A stretch of DNA of 63,473 nt, counting the filler. It is 7 parts of 7 records of this genome, joined end to end, with 100 filler letters (N's around TTAATTAATTAA, not from the genome) between each part and the next. Parts side by side here need not be neighbours in the genome. Positions count along the whole stretch, not along the records: positions 8,018 to 26,846 come from DRR723986_46360; 6 more parts are not named here. One strand, written 5' to 3'. The notes under the pieces were generated by a model. The model made no database searches, was not told where the DNA came from, and saw only the letters and a program-made list of their open reading frames with translations. Each line of letters opens with the position of its first letter. Position 1 is the first letter of the stretch. Both the position numbers and the translations under genes were made by a program. Positions 10,215 through 21,907 of this stretch are shown here, one piece after another.

Positions 10215-11207
10215 CTACACAAATTGGTGGTCGGCAAATTTTTCTAGTACCTCATCAAAAGTAGCAAAGACATCTTTAGAGTCATCACTGGTTACCATTT
10301 TCATTCGGTATTCTTTAAAGTTTGGAATACCCTTAAAATAGTTGGTGTAATGTCTTCTTGTTTCAAAAACACCTAGTTTCTCCCCTTTCCAATCAATAGA
10401 CATCTGAAGATGACGTCTAACAGCCTCAACACGCTCTGGCATAGAAATAGCTGGTAAATATTCACCTGTTTTAAAATAATGTTTTACCTGTTTAAAAAAC
10501 CATGGATTTCCAATAGATGCTCTTCCAATCATTGCGCCATCTAAACCGTAACTATCTCGCATTTCAGCAGCACGTTCTGGTGTATTAACATCACCGTTTC
10601 CAAATACAGGGATATGCATTCTTGGATTGTTTTTAACCTCAGCAATCGGTTTCCAGTCAGCATCACCTTTATACATTTGTGCTCTTGTTCTGCCGTGTAT
10701 AGCAATAGCTTTACAGCCCACATCCTGAAGTCGTTCTGCAACTTCAACTATTCTAATTGAATCATGATCCCAACCCAGTCTTGTCTTTACCGTGACAGGT
10801 AAATTGGTGCGTTTAACCATTTCTGCTGTTAACTGTTCCATTAAACAGATATCTTTTAAAATACCTGCGCCAGCTCCCTTTGAAACTACTTTTTTTACAG
10901 GACAACCAAAATTAATATCAATAATATCAGGATTAGACTTCTCTACAATATCAATTGTCTGTAGCATACTGTCCATATTGGCGCCAAAAATCTGTATCCC
11001 AACTGGCCGTTCTTTTTCATAGATGTCTAACTTCATAACGCTTTTTGCAGCGTTTCTTATGAGGCCTTCACTAGATACAAACTCAGTGTACACAACATCT
11101 GCACCTTGTTCTTTGCACAGTGCGCGAAAAGGAGGGTCGCTCACATCTTCCATCGGTGCCAAAAGCAATGGAAATTCTCCTAGTTCTATGTCTCCTATTT
11201 TAACCAA
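10215..11207 (-). CDS. dusB: tRNA dihydrouridine synthase DusB
   Basis: LLAPMEDVSD, IDINFGCPVKKV, HGRTRAQMY, GNGDV. Confidence 0.93.
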   Translation of the reverse strand: MVKIGDIELGEFPLLLAPMEDVSDPPFRALCKEQGADVVYTEFVSSEGLIRNAAKSVMKLDIYEKERPVGIQIFGANMDSMLQTIDIVEKSNPDIIDINFGCPVKKVVSKGAGAGILKDICLMEQLTAEMVKRTNLPVTVKTRLGWDHDSIRIVEVAERLQDVGCKAIAIHGRTRAQMYKGDADWKPIAEVKNNPRMHIPVFGNGDVNTPERAAEMRDSYGLDGAMIGRASIGNPWFFKQVKHYFKTGEYLPAISMPERVEAVRRHLQMSIDWKGEKLGVFETRRHYTNYFKGIPNFKEYRMKMVTSDDSKDVFATFDEVLEKFADHQFV

Positions 11208-11228
11208 AGCTAAATTTTTTGAGCAAAA

Positions 11229-11618
11229 TTACGTTTTTTTAGAATACTCCCTAATTGTTACCCAAAACCCATAAAATCCTAGTATTAATTCACCAATAGT
11301 TCCATAGCCAAATGCCAATGAAGGTGTTCCGTCTAACAGAATACTAACTAGTCTTCCTATACCAAGTCCCAGCATAAATAAAACATTGGAAAACAAAGCT
11401 GCTTTTAAAAATTTAGAGTAGAAAACGCCCAATAACCATAATGCAGAAAAAGCTAGATATAATACCATTATGGCTTTGAAGATATTCTTCTCATCGATAG
11501 TGTTTAAGTTAATGTCTAAAAATAGATCTGGATTAAAACCATAGATAATAGCAGCAGGAATTACTATTATTATAGAAATAATTAAGTGAACTCTAGATAT
11601 TATATAATTCTTAGTCAT
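11229..11618 (-). CDS. Small membrane protein (DUF4345-like)
   Basis: Four TM segments; GLGIGRLVSILLDGTPS. Confidence 0.6.
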   Translation of the reverse strand: MTKNYIISRVHLIISIIIVIPAAIIYGFNPDLFLDINLNTIDEKNIFKAIMVLYLAFSALWLLGVFYSKFLKAALFSNVLFMLGLGIGRLVSILLDGTPSLAFGYGTIGELILGFYGFWVTIREYSKKT

Positions 11619-11680
11619 ACTGTATATCTAAAATTCACTTAATTATTATAATGATTGCTTAAGAGCAATTACATTATCTC

Positions 11681-12802
11681 TTAATATGTAACGTCAACTA
11701 CGCCCTGAGTAAGGTTTAAGTCTGCACCTGCACTACTCTCTACTAAGCCAAAGAAAGTAGCTTGCAATACATTTCCACTACTAACAGTTGTGTCTGAAGT
11801 AAAATCGTCAAACCCTTGTGTTGAAGGAAAATAGTCTGTTCCATTAAGTGTTAATACAAAATTCTGAAACACATTCGTTCCTGTATCTCCTTCTGTAATT
11901 TGAAAGTAAATTTCGTAACTACCACCAGCGCTAACACCCTCAACCGTAATTAAGCTATCTTCAATACTAATAGTTTGTTGAGTGAATTCAATTGGCAATG
12001 TTCCTGTGGTAACTTTAAGCGTACCGCCTGCCGTAGTGCCAGAGCATTCACCTAATTCATCAATTATATTTTGTAAACTACCATCTGCATCACCGCATTC
12101 AGTAATTTGATTTTCTAAAGCAATTCTGTAGGCTATACATAAATCTTCATTTGTATTGTCTTGATTGTAAGCCGTTGCAGCAGCATTTGTTTCGGCTTGT
12201 GCATCACAAGTGTTCGACACGGAGCCTCTTGTCCAAACAGAAGTAGATACCTGTGTGCTTGTTACTGTTGCACCTGTAGGGTCAGTGTCTGTAGTGGTTT
12301 CATTCTGGCTAAATGTTAATGTCTGCCCATTATCAGTAATTTGAAAGTTGGCTGTCTGTTCTCCTTGTAATTCTTCAAAGTCCATACCTTGAAAAGAAAA
12401 CTCAAAAAAGGACCCATCAATTGTCATTTCATTTCCGTTAACAGAATATGACCCACTACCATTCACATCGGTCAATGTATAAGGCTCCGCTGGGATATTA
12501 ATTCCATTAGCTGTAATATCTGCTATATATGAATAGCTTCCGCTTGTGTTGAAATTGCTTTCAGTAAAATCAATAGTATAATTTACTGTTGTGCTATTAA
12601 TATCAACATCTGACGAAATTTGTTGTCCTTGAAAATTGGTAGTTGTGCTTACCGAAGCATCAAAACTTACTAAATTCCATTCACCTAATAATTCAGGATC
12701 ACTATCGGTAGATGTTTCTGCATCAAAATCTAAAGGTTCGTCTTCACATGTAAAAGCAAATAACAATGTGAATAAGCACAAGAGGGGAAATAATTTTTTC
12801 AT
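11681..12802 (-). CDS. Hypothetical lipoprotein (lipocalin-like N-terminal domain plus Cys-containing segment)
   Basis: Lipobox LFAFTC; LLGEWNLVS; acidic, Thr-rich. Confidence 0.6.
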   Translation of the reverse strand: MKKLFPLLCLFTLLFAFTCEDEPLDFDAETSTDSDPELLGEWNLVSFDASVSTTTNFQGQQISSDVDINSTTVNYTIDFTESNFNTSGSYSYIADITANGINIPAEPYTLTDVNGSGSYSVNGNEMTIDGSFFEFSFQGMDFEELQGEQTANFQITDNGQTLTFSQNETTTDTDPTGATVTSTQVSTSVWTRGSVSNTCDAQAETNAAATAYNQDNTNEDLCIAYRIALENQITECGDADGSLQNIIDELGECSGTTAGGTLKVTTGTLPIEFTQQTISIEDSLITVEGVSAGGSYEIYFQITEGDTGTNVFQNFVLTLNGTDYFPSTQGFDDFTSDTTVSSGNVLQATFFGLVESSAGADLNLTQGVVDVTY

Positions 12803-12872
12803 TTTATATTGATATGATTGAGGCCGTAAATTTACAATTAAATTATAAAGTGTGATTTTTAGTACAAATTCC

Positions 12873-14117
12873 TTAAAATTTCACTTTAGTTTCTATTGTT
12901 TTATCCTCTCTCACAACTGTAATATCAGCCTCGTCTCCCTTCTCAAATACAGAAAGCGCTCTCATATAACTCATCATGTCTGTAATAGTGCTATCTCCCA
13001 ATTTTATTACCACATCGCCTTTTTGTAGACCAGCATTAAAAGCAGGGGTTTCTTCTCTTGTACCATCTATGCGCATACCTTTACCATCATATAAATAATC
13101 CGGTACTACACCTAAACCAACTTTAAATCGTGGAGTTTCTTCACTTTCGTTTTTTGTTTTTGTGAAGGCGAGTTCACCATTATCGTCTAAATCAGTAATT
13201 ATTTGGTAGATATAATCTGAGATAAGATTCATTCCTTCATAATTTAACTTGTCTGAATCATCTCCTGGTTTATGATAATCTTCGTGCTGACCTGTAAAGA
13301 AATGAAGCACGGGTACATCTATTAAGTAAAACGAAGTGTGGTCGCTTGGTCCTACACCACTCTCATTTTCAACCAATTTGAACTTATTATTATTTGCTTT
13401 AAGTGTTTGTTTAAACATGGGTGAGGTTCCGGTTCCGTAAACAGCTAAAGTGCTATCTGCCTTCATGCGCCCAACCATATCCATATTTATCATGTAGTTA
13501 ATAGACTCCGCTGTAATAGTAGGGTTTTTTGAAAAATAATTTGATCCTAACAATCCCATTTCCTCACCAGAAAATGCCATAAACAAGTAGTTGTTATTAT
13601 CTTTTATTTGTGAGTTATCATTTTTGATTTTTAATCTACTCGCTAAATTCAACATTACTGCAACTCCACTTGCATTATCATCTGCGCCATTATGAATAGC
13701 TTTTTCTTCACCTCTATACAACGACCCTTCACCACCAAATCCTAAATGATCATAATGTGCGCCAATAACTATGGTTGTGTTGGCATTATTATTTATATAA
13801 CCAATAACATTATTACCTGTAGTAGTGCTATCTGCATTGGTTGTAAACTCCACTTCTTTGTGTGGATCTGTTTTAGGCTTAAATGAAAATGGTTGTAAAT
13901 AACCGTTTGTTCCTTTTGGATCAAGACCTATAGTTTTATATCGTTCAATTATGTATTCAGAGGCTAGAGCTTCACCCTGTGTTCCGGTTTGTCTACCTTC
14001 TAATTTATCGTCTGCTAAAAACGTTACATCCTCTTTTATGTTGTTTTCAGCAATTTTTGGTTCATTCTTACAAGAAAAGATGCTTGTCAAAAACAATAAA
14101 AACACTAATTTTTTCAT
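12873..14117 (-). CDS. M28 family peptidase with C-terminal PDZ domain (lipoprotein)
   Basis: IGAHYDHLG, NGADDNASG, FSGEEMGLLGS, NMDMVGR, SDH; LGVVPDY PDZ. Confidence 0.92.
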   Translation of the reverse strand: MKKLVFLLFLTSIFSCKNEPKIAENNIKEDVTFLADDKLEGRQTGTQGEALASEYIIERYKTIGLDPKGTNGYLQPFSFKPKTDPHKEVEFTTNADSTTTGNNVIGYINNNANTTIVIGAHYDHLGFGGEGSLYRGEEKAIHNGADDNASGVAVMLNLASRLKIKNDNSQIKDNNNYLFMAFSGEEMGLLGSNYFSKNPTITAESINYMINMDMVGRMKADSTLAVYGTGTSPMFKQTLKANNNKFKLVENESGVGPSDHTSFYLIDVPVLHFFTGQHEDYHKPGDDSDKLNYEGMNLISDYIYQIITDLDDNGELAFTKTKNESEETPRFKVGLGVVPDYLYDGKGMRIDGTREETPAFNAGLQKGDVVIKLGDSTITDMMSYMRALSVFEKGDEADITVVREDKTIETKVKF

Positions 14118-14178
14118 GAGTATATCTTATTTTTGCGCAAAATTAGGCATTAAAAGTCATTTATTATAATTCTTTACT

Positions 14179-15294
14179 ATGAAGAAAACAGCTGTAATTC
14201 TTATTCTCTTTTTATCATTTTTGGCTTGTAAAAATGAAAACTCAAAAACCACAGAGATAGAAGTTGAAACCAAAGTTGATTCCGCTGAGAACAAAAATCC
14301 TTTAATCTATCCTGAAGAAAAGAATTTTAAGTCTATTAGACAGGTAACTTTTGGTGGAGATAATGCGGAAGCGTACTGGAGTTTTGATGATAAACAGTTA
14401 GTGTTTCAATCTAATAATGCAAAATGGGGAGTTGGGTGTGACCAAATGTTTTTAATGAATGCTGATGAAACTTTTACTGATAGCATCGCACCTCCAATGA
14501 TTAGTACTGGAAAAGGCAGAACAACCTGTGCTTATTTTTTACCGGACAATAAACATATTATTTACGCTTCAACACATTTGGGTGATGAAAAGTGTCCTGA
14601 AACGCCATTGCGTAAAAACGGAAAGTACATTTGGCCAATTTACGATAGCTATGATATTTTTGTAGCTGATCTAGGGGGTAATATTGTTAAGCAATTAACC
14701 AATGAAATAGGTTACGACGCAGAGCCTACAGTTTCACCTAAAGGAGATAAAATTGTGTTTACCTCAACCAGAAGCGGTGATTTAGAGCTCTATACTATGA
14801 ATATTGACGGCTCTGATGTAAAGCAAATCACCAATGAATTAGGTTACGATGGAGGCGCCTTCTTTTCACCAGATGGTTCTAAGCTCATCTTCCGTTCTTC
14901 TCGCCCAAAGACCGAGCAAGAAATAAAAGAATATAAAGATTTACTGGCTGAAGGGTTAGTTGAACCAACTGAAATGGAGCTTTATATCTGCAATGCCGAT
15001 GGTTCTGATTTAAGACAACTGACTGAATTAGGAAATGCAAATTGGAGTCCGTTTTTTCACCCATCTGGAGAGAAAATCTTATTTTCATCTAATTTTGAGG
15101 CAGAGCGAGGATTTCCTTTCAATTTGTATTTAATCGATATTGATGGTAAAAACCTAACTAGAGTTACACACGGAGAAACTTTTGATGCATTTCCTGTGTT
15201 TTCTAATGATGGCAAATACTTAGCTTTTTCTTCTAACCGTAATAATGGAGGTGGTAGAGACACCAATTTATTTATTGCTGAGTGGCAAGACTAA
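14179..15294 (+). CDS. PD40/TolB-like beta-propeller lipoprotein
   Basis: Repeats such as YDAEPTVSPKGDKIVFTS and YDGGAFFSPDGSKLIF. Confidence 0.88.
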   Translation: MKKTAVILILFLSFLACKNENSKTTEIEVETKVDSAENKNPLIYPEEKNFKSIRQVTFGGDNAEAYWSFDDKQLVFQSNNAKWGVGCDQMFLMNADETFTDSIAPPMISTGKGRTTCAYFLPDNKHIIYASTHLGDEKCPETPLRKNGKYIWPIYDSYDIFVADLGGNIVKQLTNEIGYDAEPTVSPKGDKIVFTSTRSGDLELYTMNIDGSDVKQITNELGYDGGAFFSPDGSKLIFRSSRPKTEQEIKEYKDLLAEGLVEPTEMELYICNADGSDLRQLTELGNANWSPFFHPSGEKILFSSNFEAERGFPFNLYLIDIDGKNLTRVTHGETFDAFPVFSNDGKYLAFSSNRNNGGGRDTNLFIAEWQD

Positions 15295-15295
15295 A

Positions 15296-17698
15296 TTATT
15301 GTAAATCTTTTATACGTTCGCGCTCTTCAGCAGCTGTAGAACGCTCATTAGTAGTTAATTTAGTATTTCCAAACTTATAACGGAATCCTATTTTTATCAA
15401 TCGATTATCTACATTAAGTTTACTCGAGCTAGACTGATTTAAGTAGCTTAAAGAGGTTTCGTAATCTTGTAGATTAAACATATCTTCTACAGATAATGAA
15501 AGCGTTCCTCTTTTATTAAAGATTGATTTTGAAACACTAAATTCTGAAACAAGTCTGTTTTCAACAGTCAGAAATTGCTGAAGGTTTTTTCCAACCCATG
15601 TCAAAGTAAGATCTACATTAAGACTATTGTCCTTTAACATGGTTAGGCTATTTGTTAAAACGCTATAGTTAGACCATTGATCTAATTTAACAAAGCCTTC
15701 TCCAAAATCAGATTCTTCTGTTAGATTATAAAAAGACGTTACGAAGTATAAATTCCATCTACTCGTAGGATAATAATCAAACGCGAAATCAAACCCATAA
15801 TCTACCTTTTTATCTAAATTGGTTGGTGTATAGGCGACAATATTCGTCTCATTATTTTGTCGTGGTAACTCTACAATATCACCGTCATAATTCATATAAT
15901 AAGCCTCGATGGTAAAATGCTCTAAAAAATTGGTTCCAATTTTAAAGTGATCTCTGTAAGCTGGAATTAAATTAGGATTTCCTAATACCACCGTATTTTC
16001 ATTTAAGAAAAACGTAAATGGATTTAAATCGGTATAACTGGGTCTAGCAATACTGCGCTTATAGCTCCCATAAACACTGAAGTCTTCAGAAATTTGATGA
16101 GCTAAGCTAGCGTTTGGGAACCAATTAAAATAATCTTGTGTGTTGGTTTCTTCTAAAGTCAAAGACTCTCCTTCAATATTCGTTTGCTCAACACGTAAAC
16201 CAAAATTTACATCCCACTTATCCCAAGATTTGCTAAAATTTGTATAGGCAGCGAATACAATTTCATCATGTTTAAATGCATCAGAATTAGCTGTGTTAAT
16301 AACTTCATTATTGTTTATAATATCTGTCCTTGTGATATCACTATCCGTGTTGACATTAGAAAATTTAATGCCTAAATCAAAACTAGACGACTCGGTTATT
16401 GACACATTATAATCAACTTTTCCTGTAAGTATCTGTGTGTTTTGATTTGCGCGCGTGTTAAATTCTGAGTCTTCATCCGTCAACTCATCTTGGAAAACGC
16501 TTTGATTACGTTCGTAATCATAAATAGTATGGTGCATATTAAAACTAAGGCTCGATTCATTATCAAAATCATGCCTAAAAATTATATCAGAACCTATATT
16601 ATACTTATTGTCTCTAGATAAATTATCAGCTGAGAAGCTAGACAGAAACTCATCGTTTGCATCAAAAATATTTGTGTGGTTTTTTATTTGATACTTAAAA
16701 TACGGCGTATATAAACCTGTACTTGTTATACTTAGTGTGTTATTGTCGTTAATATAATAATCAAAATTAACATTAAGATTGTGCGACTCAGACCATGTGT
16801 TTCTGTTGATATTAGAGCGCCAAATTTGTTCTATTTGGTTAGAATTGTCTAAGAAGTTTACTCTATCATTTTGGTCTCGATTAATCTTACTGTTGCTATA
16901 ACTATAATTTAGGTTTAAGTTAATCTTGTTGTTTTTAAAATAGTGACTTGTTCCTGCATTGTATCTTGGGAAAACCCCTTGGGTGTAATTGGTGAAAACA
17001 CTGCCGCGATAACCAGTAACTAAATTTTTGCTCATAATAATATTAACTACAGAACCACTATCAGCATCATAACTCGCTGGCGGGTTGGTTATTACCTCAA
17101 TGGATTTTATGCTATTTGCTGGTGCGCTTTCCAAAAGTTGTATTAGCTCATCTGAAGTTAATTGTACTCTCCGGTTGTTTATATAAACAGCGGCTGGTGC
17201 ACTTTTAATATTAATACTGCCCTCTGAAATAATTATACCAGGAGTGTTTTTTAAAACCCCAAGTGTTGAGCCTTCAGTAAGTGCTGTGTTTTCAATATTA
17301 AATATTAAACGATCTGGTTTTCTGGTAATGGTTGGTTTCGTTGCAATTATATCTATTTGACCTAGTGTTTCTGCGCCTTCATTTAGCACAATAGTCTTAA
17401 TATCTAAATTACCTGTCAGTTTTATTATTTGTTCAAACTCTTTAAAACCTATGTAGCTAATGTTGAGAAAATACGTTTCGGGTTGTAAATTGTTTATAGT
17501 AAAATTGCCATTGTTATCCGTGGAAGTACCCTTAATAAATTCACCACCTTTTTTCTTTAGGATTATTACATTGGCAAATTCAATTGGTGCATTGTTTACA
17601 TCAACTACTTTTCCTGTAACAGAAAAATTCTGCGCAAAACTAAAACTGGCAAGGAGTATTAATAATAAGCTAATTAAGGGTCTTTGGTGAGCTATCAT
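15296..17698 (-). CDS. Outer-membrane beta-barrel / TonB-dependent receptor-like protein
   Basis: Signal peptide, carboxypeptidase-regulatory-like N-domain, IKSIEVITNPPASYDA plug motif, C-terminal GFRYKFGN; start moved to ATG 17698. Confidence 0.85.
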   Translation of the reverse strand: MIAHQRPLISLLLILLASFSFAQNFSVTGKVVDVNNAPIEFANVIILKKKGGEFIKGTSTDNNGNFTINNLQPETYFLNISYIGFKEFEQIIKLTGNLDIKTIVLNEGAETLGQIDIIATKPTITRKPDRLIFNIENTALTEGSTLGVLKNTPGIIISEGSINIKSAPAAVYINNRRVQLTSDELIQLLESAPANSIKSIEVITNPPASYDADSGSVVNIIMSKNLVTGYRGSVFTNYTQGVFPRYNAGTSHYFKNNKINLNLNYSYSNSKINRDQNDRVNFLDNSNQIEQIWRSNINRNTWSESHNLNVNFDYYINDNNTLSITSTGLYTPYFKYQIKNHTNIFDANDEFLSSFSADNLSRDNKYNIGSDIIFRHDFDNESSLSFNMHHTIYDYERNQSVFQDELTDEDSEFNTRANQNTQILTGKVDYNVSITESSSFDLGIKFSNVNTDSDITRTDIINNNEVINTANSDAFKHDEIVFAAYTNFSKSWDKWDVNFGLRVEQTNIEGESLTLEETNTQDYFNWFPNASLAHQISEDFSVYGSYKRSIARPSYTDLNPFTFFLNENTVVLGNPNLIPAYRDHFKIGTNFLEHFTIEAYYMNYDGDIVELPRQNNETNIVAYTPTNLDKKVDYGFDFAFDYYPTSRWNLYFVTSFYNLTEESDFGEGFVKLDQWSNYSVLTNSLTMLKDNSLNVDLTLTWVGKNLQQFLTVENRLVSEFSVSKSIFNKRGTLSLSVEDMFNLQDYETSLSYLNQSSSSKLNVDNRLIKIGFRYKFGNTKLTTNERSTAAEERERIKDLQ

Positions 17699-17812
17699 TA
17701 GTTGGGTTTGTACCGCAAGATATAAATTGTTTTTAACTTTATATTGTGGTTTTCCCGCAAGAGTGTACATTTTTATTGTCATTTATGATGCATTAAAGCA
17801 CAAGAAATCAAT

Positions 17813-17820
17813 TATATTTG
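17813..17820 (+). promoter_or_regulatory. Bacteroidota -7 promoter element (TAnnTTTG)
   Basis: TATATTTG about 30 nt upstream of lepA. Confidence 0.45.
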
Positions 17821-17850
17821 TATTCCTATAATTTGCTATAGAAAAGATAA

Positions 17851-19647
17851 ATGAAGAACATACGCAACTTTTGCATTATTGCACATATAGATCACGGAAA
17901 AAGTACTCTTGCAGACAGATTACTTGATTATACGGGCTCTGTTACGGCGCGAGAAAAACAAGATCAATTACTAGATAGTATGGATCTAGAGCGTGAGCGT
18001 GGAATTACCATTAAATCTCATGCTATTCAGATGGAGTATGTTCTAGATGGTGAAGAATATATACTTAACTTAATTGACACTCCTGGTCACGTAGATTTTT
18101 CATATGAAGTATCTCGATCGATTGCTGCATGTGAAGGAGCATTACTTATTGTTGATGCAGCACAAAGTATACAAGCACAAACAATCTCTAACCTATATCT
18201 TGCCCTAGAGAATGATTTGGAAATTATTCCGGTATTAAATAAGGTAGATTTACCTAGTGCCAATCCTGAAGAAGTTACCGATGATATAGTTGATTTGTTA
18301 GGTTGCGGTCCCGATGAAGTAATACATGCCAGTGGTAAAACCGGTTTTGGCGTTGACAATATTTTAAAAGCTATTATTGAGCGAATTCCTGCTCCAAAAG
18401 GAAACATTGATGAGCCTCTTCAAGCCTTAATATTTGACTCTGTTTATAATACATTTAGAGGTGTTGAAACTTATTTTAGAGTTTTTAATGGTGAAATTAA
18501 AAAAGGGCAGAAAATTAAATTTGTCGCTACAGGTAAAGAGTATTTTGCAGACGAAGTTGGTACTTTAAAATTAAATCAGGTGCCAAAACAAAGCGTAAAA
18601 GCTGGTGATGTTGGCTACTTAATTACAGGAATAAAAACTGCAAAAGAAGTGAAAGTTGGAGACACTATTACAGATTTTGCAAACCCTACCACAAATATCG
18701 TAGAAGGATTTGAAGATGTAAAGCCAATGGTCTTTGCGGGTATTTATCCTGTAGATACGGAAGATTATGAAGAATTACGTGCTTCAATGGAGAAATTGCA
18801 GCTCAATGATGCTTCGTTAGTGTTTCAACCAGAAAGTTCTGCTGCATTAGGTTTTGGTTTTCGTTGTGGGTTCTTAGGAATGCTACATATGGAAATTATA
18901 CAAGAACGTTTGGAGCGTGAATTTGATATGACCGTTATTACAACTGTGCCTAACGTGTCTTATTATGCATACACCAACAAGGAACCAGACGTGCCTGTAA
19001 TTGTAAATAACCCAAGTGATTTACCAGACCCAACAACCGTTAATCGTGTAGAAGAACCATTTATCAAGGCAACAATAATTACCAAGTCTGATTTTGTAGG
19101 TAATGTAATGAGTCTCTGTATTGAAAAGCGTGGAATGATCATTAATCAAACCTATTTAACTACTGAACGAGTTGAATTGATTTTTGAAATGCCATTGGCT
19201 GAAATTGTTTTTGATTTCTATGATCGCCTAAAAACGGTGTCAAAAGGTTATGCTTCATTTGATTATCACCCAATAGGAATGAAGGTTTCTAAACTGGTGC
19301 GTCTAGACGTTTTATTAAATGCGCAACCTGTAGATGCGCTTTCTGCCTTAATACATGCTGATAACGCACACACCATAGGCAAGAAAATGTGTGAAAAATT
19401 AAAGGAGTTAATCCCGCGCCAACAATTTGATATACCAATTCAAGCAGCTATTGGCGCAAAAATTATTGCCCGAGAAACTGTTAAAGCCCTTCGAAAGGAC
19501 GTGACTGCCAAATGTTATGGTGGTGATATTTCGCGTAAGCGTAAACTCCTTGAAAAGCAGAAAAAAGGTAAAAAACGAATGCGCCAAGTTGGTAATGTAG
19601 AAATACCTCAACAAGCGTTTATGGCTGTACTTAAGCTTAACGATTAA
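17851..19647 (+). CDS. lepA: Translation elongation factor 4
   Basis: [46 protein letters not shown]. Confidence 0.98.
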   Translation: MKNIRNFCIIAHIDHGKSTLADRLLDYTGSVTAREKQDQLLDSMDLERERGITIKSHAIQMEYVLDGEEYILNLIDTPGHVDFSYEVSRSIAACEGALLIVDAAQSIQAQTISNLYLALENDLEIIPVLNKVDLPSANPEEVTDDIVDLLGCGPDEVIHASGKTGFGVDNILKAIIERIPAPKGNIDEPLQALIFDSVYNTFRGVETYFRVFNGEIKKGQKIKFVATGKEYFADEVGTLKLNQVPKQSVKAGDVGYLITGIKTAKEVKVGDTITDFANPTTNIVEGFEDVKPMVFAGIYPVDTEDYEELRASMEKLQLNDASLVFQPESSAALGFGFRCGFLGMLHMEIIQERLEREFDMTVITTVPNVSYYAYTNKEPDVPVIVNNPSDLPDPTTVNRVEEPFIKATIITKSDFVGNVMSLCIEKRGMIINQTYLTTERVELIFEMPLAEIVFDFYDRLKTVSKGYASFDYHPIGMKVSKLVRLDVLLNAQPVDALSALIHADNAHTIGKKMCEKLKELIPRQQFDIPIQAAIGAKIIARETVKALRKDVTAKCYGGDISRKRKLLEKQKKGKKRMRQVGNVEIPQQAFMAVLKLND

Positions 19648-19664
19648 ACTGCGTACAGTCTTCT

Positions 19665-21515
19665 TTAACCCTCTTCTTTTACTACCTTCTCAATATCAAA
19701 TGGTTTACCTAGATAAACGAGCTTGGAGTCTTCTCCTAAACTCTCTACTTCCGTGTTATATGAAGATATGATATGAAGTTCTCCTTCATCATCTTTTAAA
19801 AATAGTGGTATGATGTCTTTATCCTTATTTGTAATTTCTATTAAACTCTCATAATGGGCTTTATCTTCAATATCAATTTCTTGTATTGATGGATAATTAC
19901 GTGTGACATCAGAAAGTGTTAAATAATCATCCGTATGAGAAAATAACCCTTCTTTAGGGTTGTCTTGTGGATTATTCATTTCTTCTGTTGTCACCAGTCT
20001 AAACGAGCCGTTTTCCCCAAACTGCTTACTAAACTTGTTAATCGCATATTTGTTAATATCAGAACTACCTGTCATTGCCATAAGATATCCAACATCGTTT
20101 AACTCTATATTATCAGATAAAGTTTCTGAATAAATATTAGTGTTTATAGCTTCAATACCCAATTCTTTGGCTTTTTCGATATTGCTTTGGTTGCTGTCTA
20201 TAAGAACTACATGTCTTCCATTATCCTCTAAATAATGACCTAATAAGCGAGCAACTTTTGAGGCACCAACGATTAAAATACCATTAGGCTTTGTTAAGAA
20301 AACACCAACTATTTTTGCAAATAATCTTGCCGTTGTTGCGTTTAATAAAACCGTACCTAAAACAATCATAAACACTAATGGTGTAATATACTCTGCGCCT
20401 GCTACTCCTTGTTTTAATAATTTACTACCAAAAAGAGAAGCAATACCTGCGGCGACTATACCTCGAGGTCCAACCCAGCTTATAAAGAGTTTTTCATTGA
20501 ATTTTAATTTTGATCCTTGGGTACTAAGAAATACAGCTAATGGTCGTATAACAAAAACTACAATAGCAAATAAAGCTGAAGTTTTCCAAGTGTAAAGCAA
20601 TTCTAAATCTCCAATATTTATGTTTGCCGCTAAAAGAATAAATAGAATTGATATTAGCAGTACGCTAAGAGATTCTTTAAAGTATAATAGCTCTTTTAAG
20701 TTCTCTAGTTTACTGTTTCCTAAAACCATACCCATAACTACAACTGCTAAAAGTCCTGATTCATGAGCAAAAATTTCAGATTCTACAAAAACCAATAAAA
20801 CAACCGAAAGAGAAACAACATTCAATAAGTAATGCGGAATGAGCTTTTTATTAATGGCAAATGCTAATGCGTGAGCGAATGTAAAACCAAATGTGGTTCC
20901 AAAAAGTACAATTTTTCCAAACTCAATCAATGCTGTTTTTGTAAATCCACTGTCACCTCCAACGCTTATAAACTCAAATACTAATACCGCGACAAGTGCG
21001 CCGATTGGGTCAATAAGAATACCTTCCCATTTTAAAACTGCCGATACATCTTTCTTAAGTGGAATATTTCTTAAAATTGGCGTTATAACTGTTGGGCCTG
21101 TAACAATTATAAGCCCAGCAAATAAAAATGATAAATCCCAACGCAAACCAAAAATATAATGCGCTACAATACCTGCACCAAAAAAGGTGACCGCAGAACC
21201 CAATGTAATAAGCTTTGTTATAACCGGTCCTACGTTTTTAATTTCAGATCGTTTTAATGTAAGACCTCCTTCAAAAAGAATAATACTAATGGCTAAGGAC
21301 ACAAAATAATACAAAGATTCACCGGGAAAAAGCCCTTTTTTACCATTCCAAATGGGTTCAATCCACTTTACACCATCTTCACTTAGAAACTCTGCCGCAA
21401 TTGGCCCAACCAACAAACCAATAAGTATCAAAGGTAAAATTGCTGGAATTTTAAACTTCCAGGCAACCCATTGTGCTAATATTCCTAAAATAATTATTCC
21501 TGCTAACTCTAACAT
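19665..21515 (-). CDS. Cation:proton antiporter (CPA1) with TrkA-N domain
   Basis: ILFEGGL, WEGILIDPIG, WVGPRGIVAA, ILIVGAS. Confidence 0.88.
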   Translation of the reverse strand: MLELAGIIILGILAQWVAWKFKIPAILPLILIGLLVGPIAAEFLSEDGVKWIEPIWNGKKGLFPGESLYYFVSLAISIILFEGGLTLKRSEIKNVGPVITKLITLGSAVTFFGAGIVAHYIFGLRWDLSFLFAGLIIVTGPTVITPILRNIPLKKDVSAVLKWEGILIDPIGALVAVLVFEFISVGGDSGFTKTALIEFGKIVLFGTTFGFTFAHALAFAINKKLIPHYLLNVVSLSVVLLVFVESEIFAHESGLLAVVVMGMVLGNSKLENLKELLYFKESLSVLLISILFILLAANINIGDLELLYTWKTSALFAIVVFVIRPLAVFLSTQGSKLKFNEKLFISWVGPRGIVAAGIASLFGSKLLKQGVAGAEYITPLVFMIVLGTVLLNATTARLFAKIVGVFLTKPNGILIVGASKVARLLGHYLEDNGRHVVLIDSNQSNIEKAKELGIEAINTNIYSETLSDNIELNDVGYLMAMTGSSDINKYAINKFSKQFGENGSFRLVTTEEMNNPQDNPKEGLFSHTDDYLTLSDVTRNYPSIQEIDIEDKAHYESLIEITNKDKDIIPLFLKDDEGELHIISSYNTEVESLGEDSKLVYLGKPFDIEKVVKEEG

Positions 21516-21568
21516 TTAATTACATTTTTGATGAAATTACTAAATATAAGGGAATATAAGACCGGGCA

Positions 21569-21907
21569 TTAGCTACTCTCTAGATCGGTCTTGTAATACA
21601 ACCGCTTTAAACTTCTCTTTAAAAGAGTAAATCTATAAACGTCAATAATAAAGAATATAATGCTAAAAATTATTGCAGTGAGTGCTAAATACTCAAAGTT
21701 TGAGTATTCTTTTAATTGATAAAACGCAATACTACCTAACAATAAATAAAGTGATGACCTTACATATGACAAAAGTGTTCTTTCGTTAGCAAGGCGTGTA
21801 CGTTCTATGGCTAAATAATCTCTTAGTATCACTTGTTCGTCTGGTTTAAAGCCTCTGCCGAATCGTAATAGTTTCATTTTTTTTATTCTGAGTTTAGACT
21901 TTGCCAT
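21569..21907 (-). CDS. DUF202 (YidH-like) membrane protein
   Basis: RDYLAIERTRLANERTLLSYVRSSL; start uncertain. Confidence 0.85.
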   Translation of the reverse strand: MAKSKLRIKKMKLLRFGRGFKPDEQVILRDYLAIERTRLANERTLLSYVRSSLYLLLGSIAFYQLKEYSNFEYLALTAIIFSIIFFIIDVYRFTLLKRSLKRLYYKTDLESS

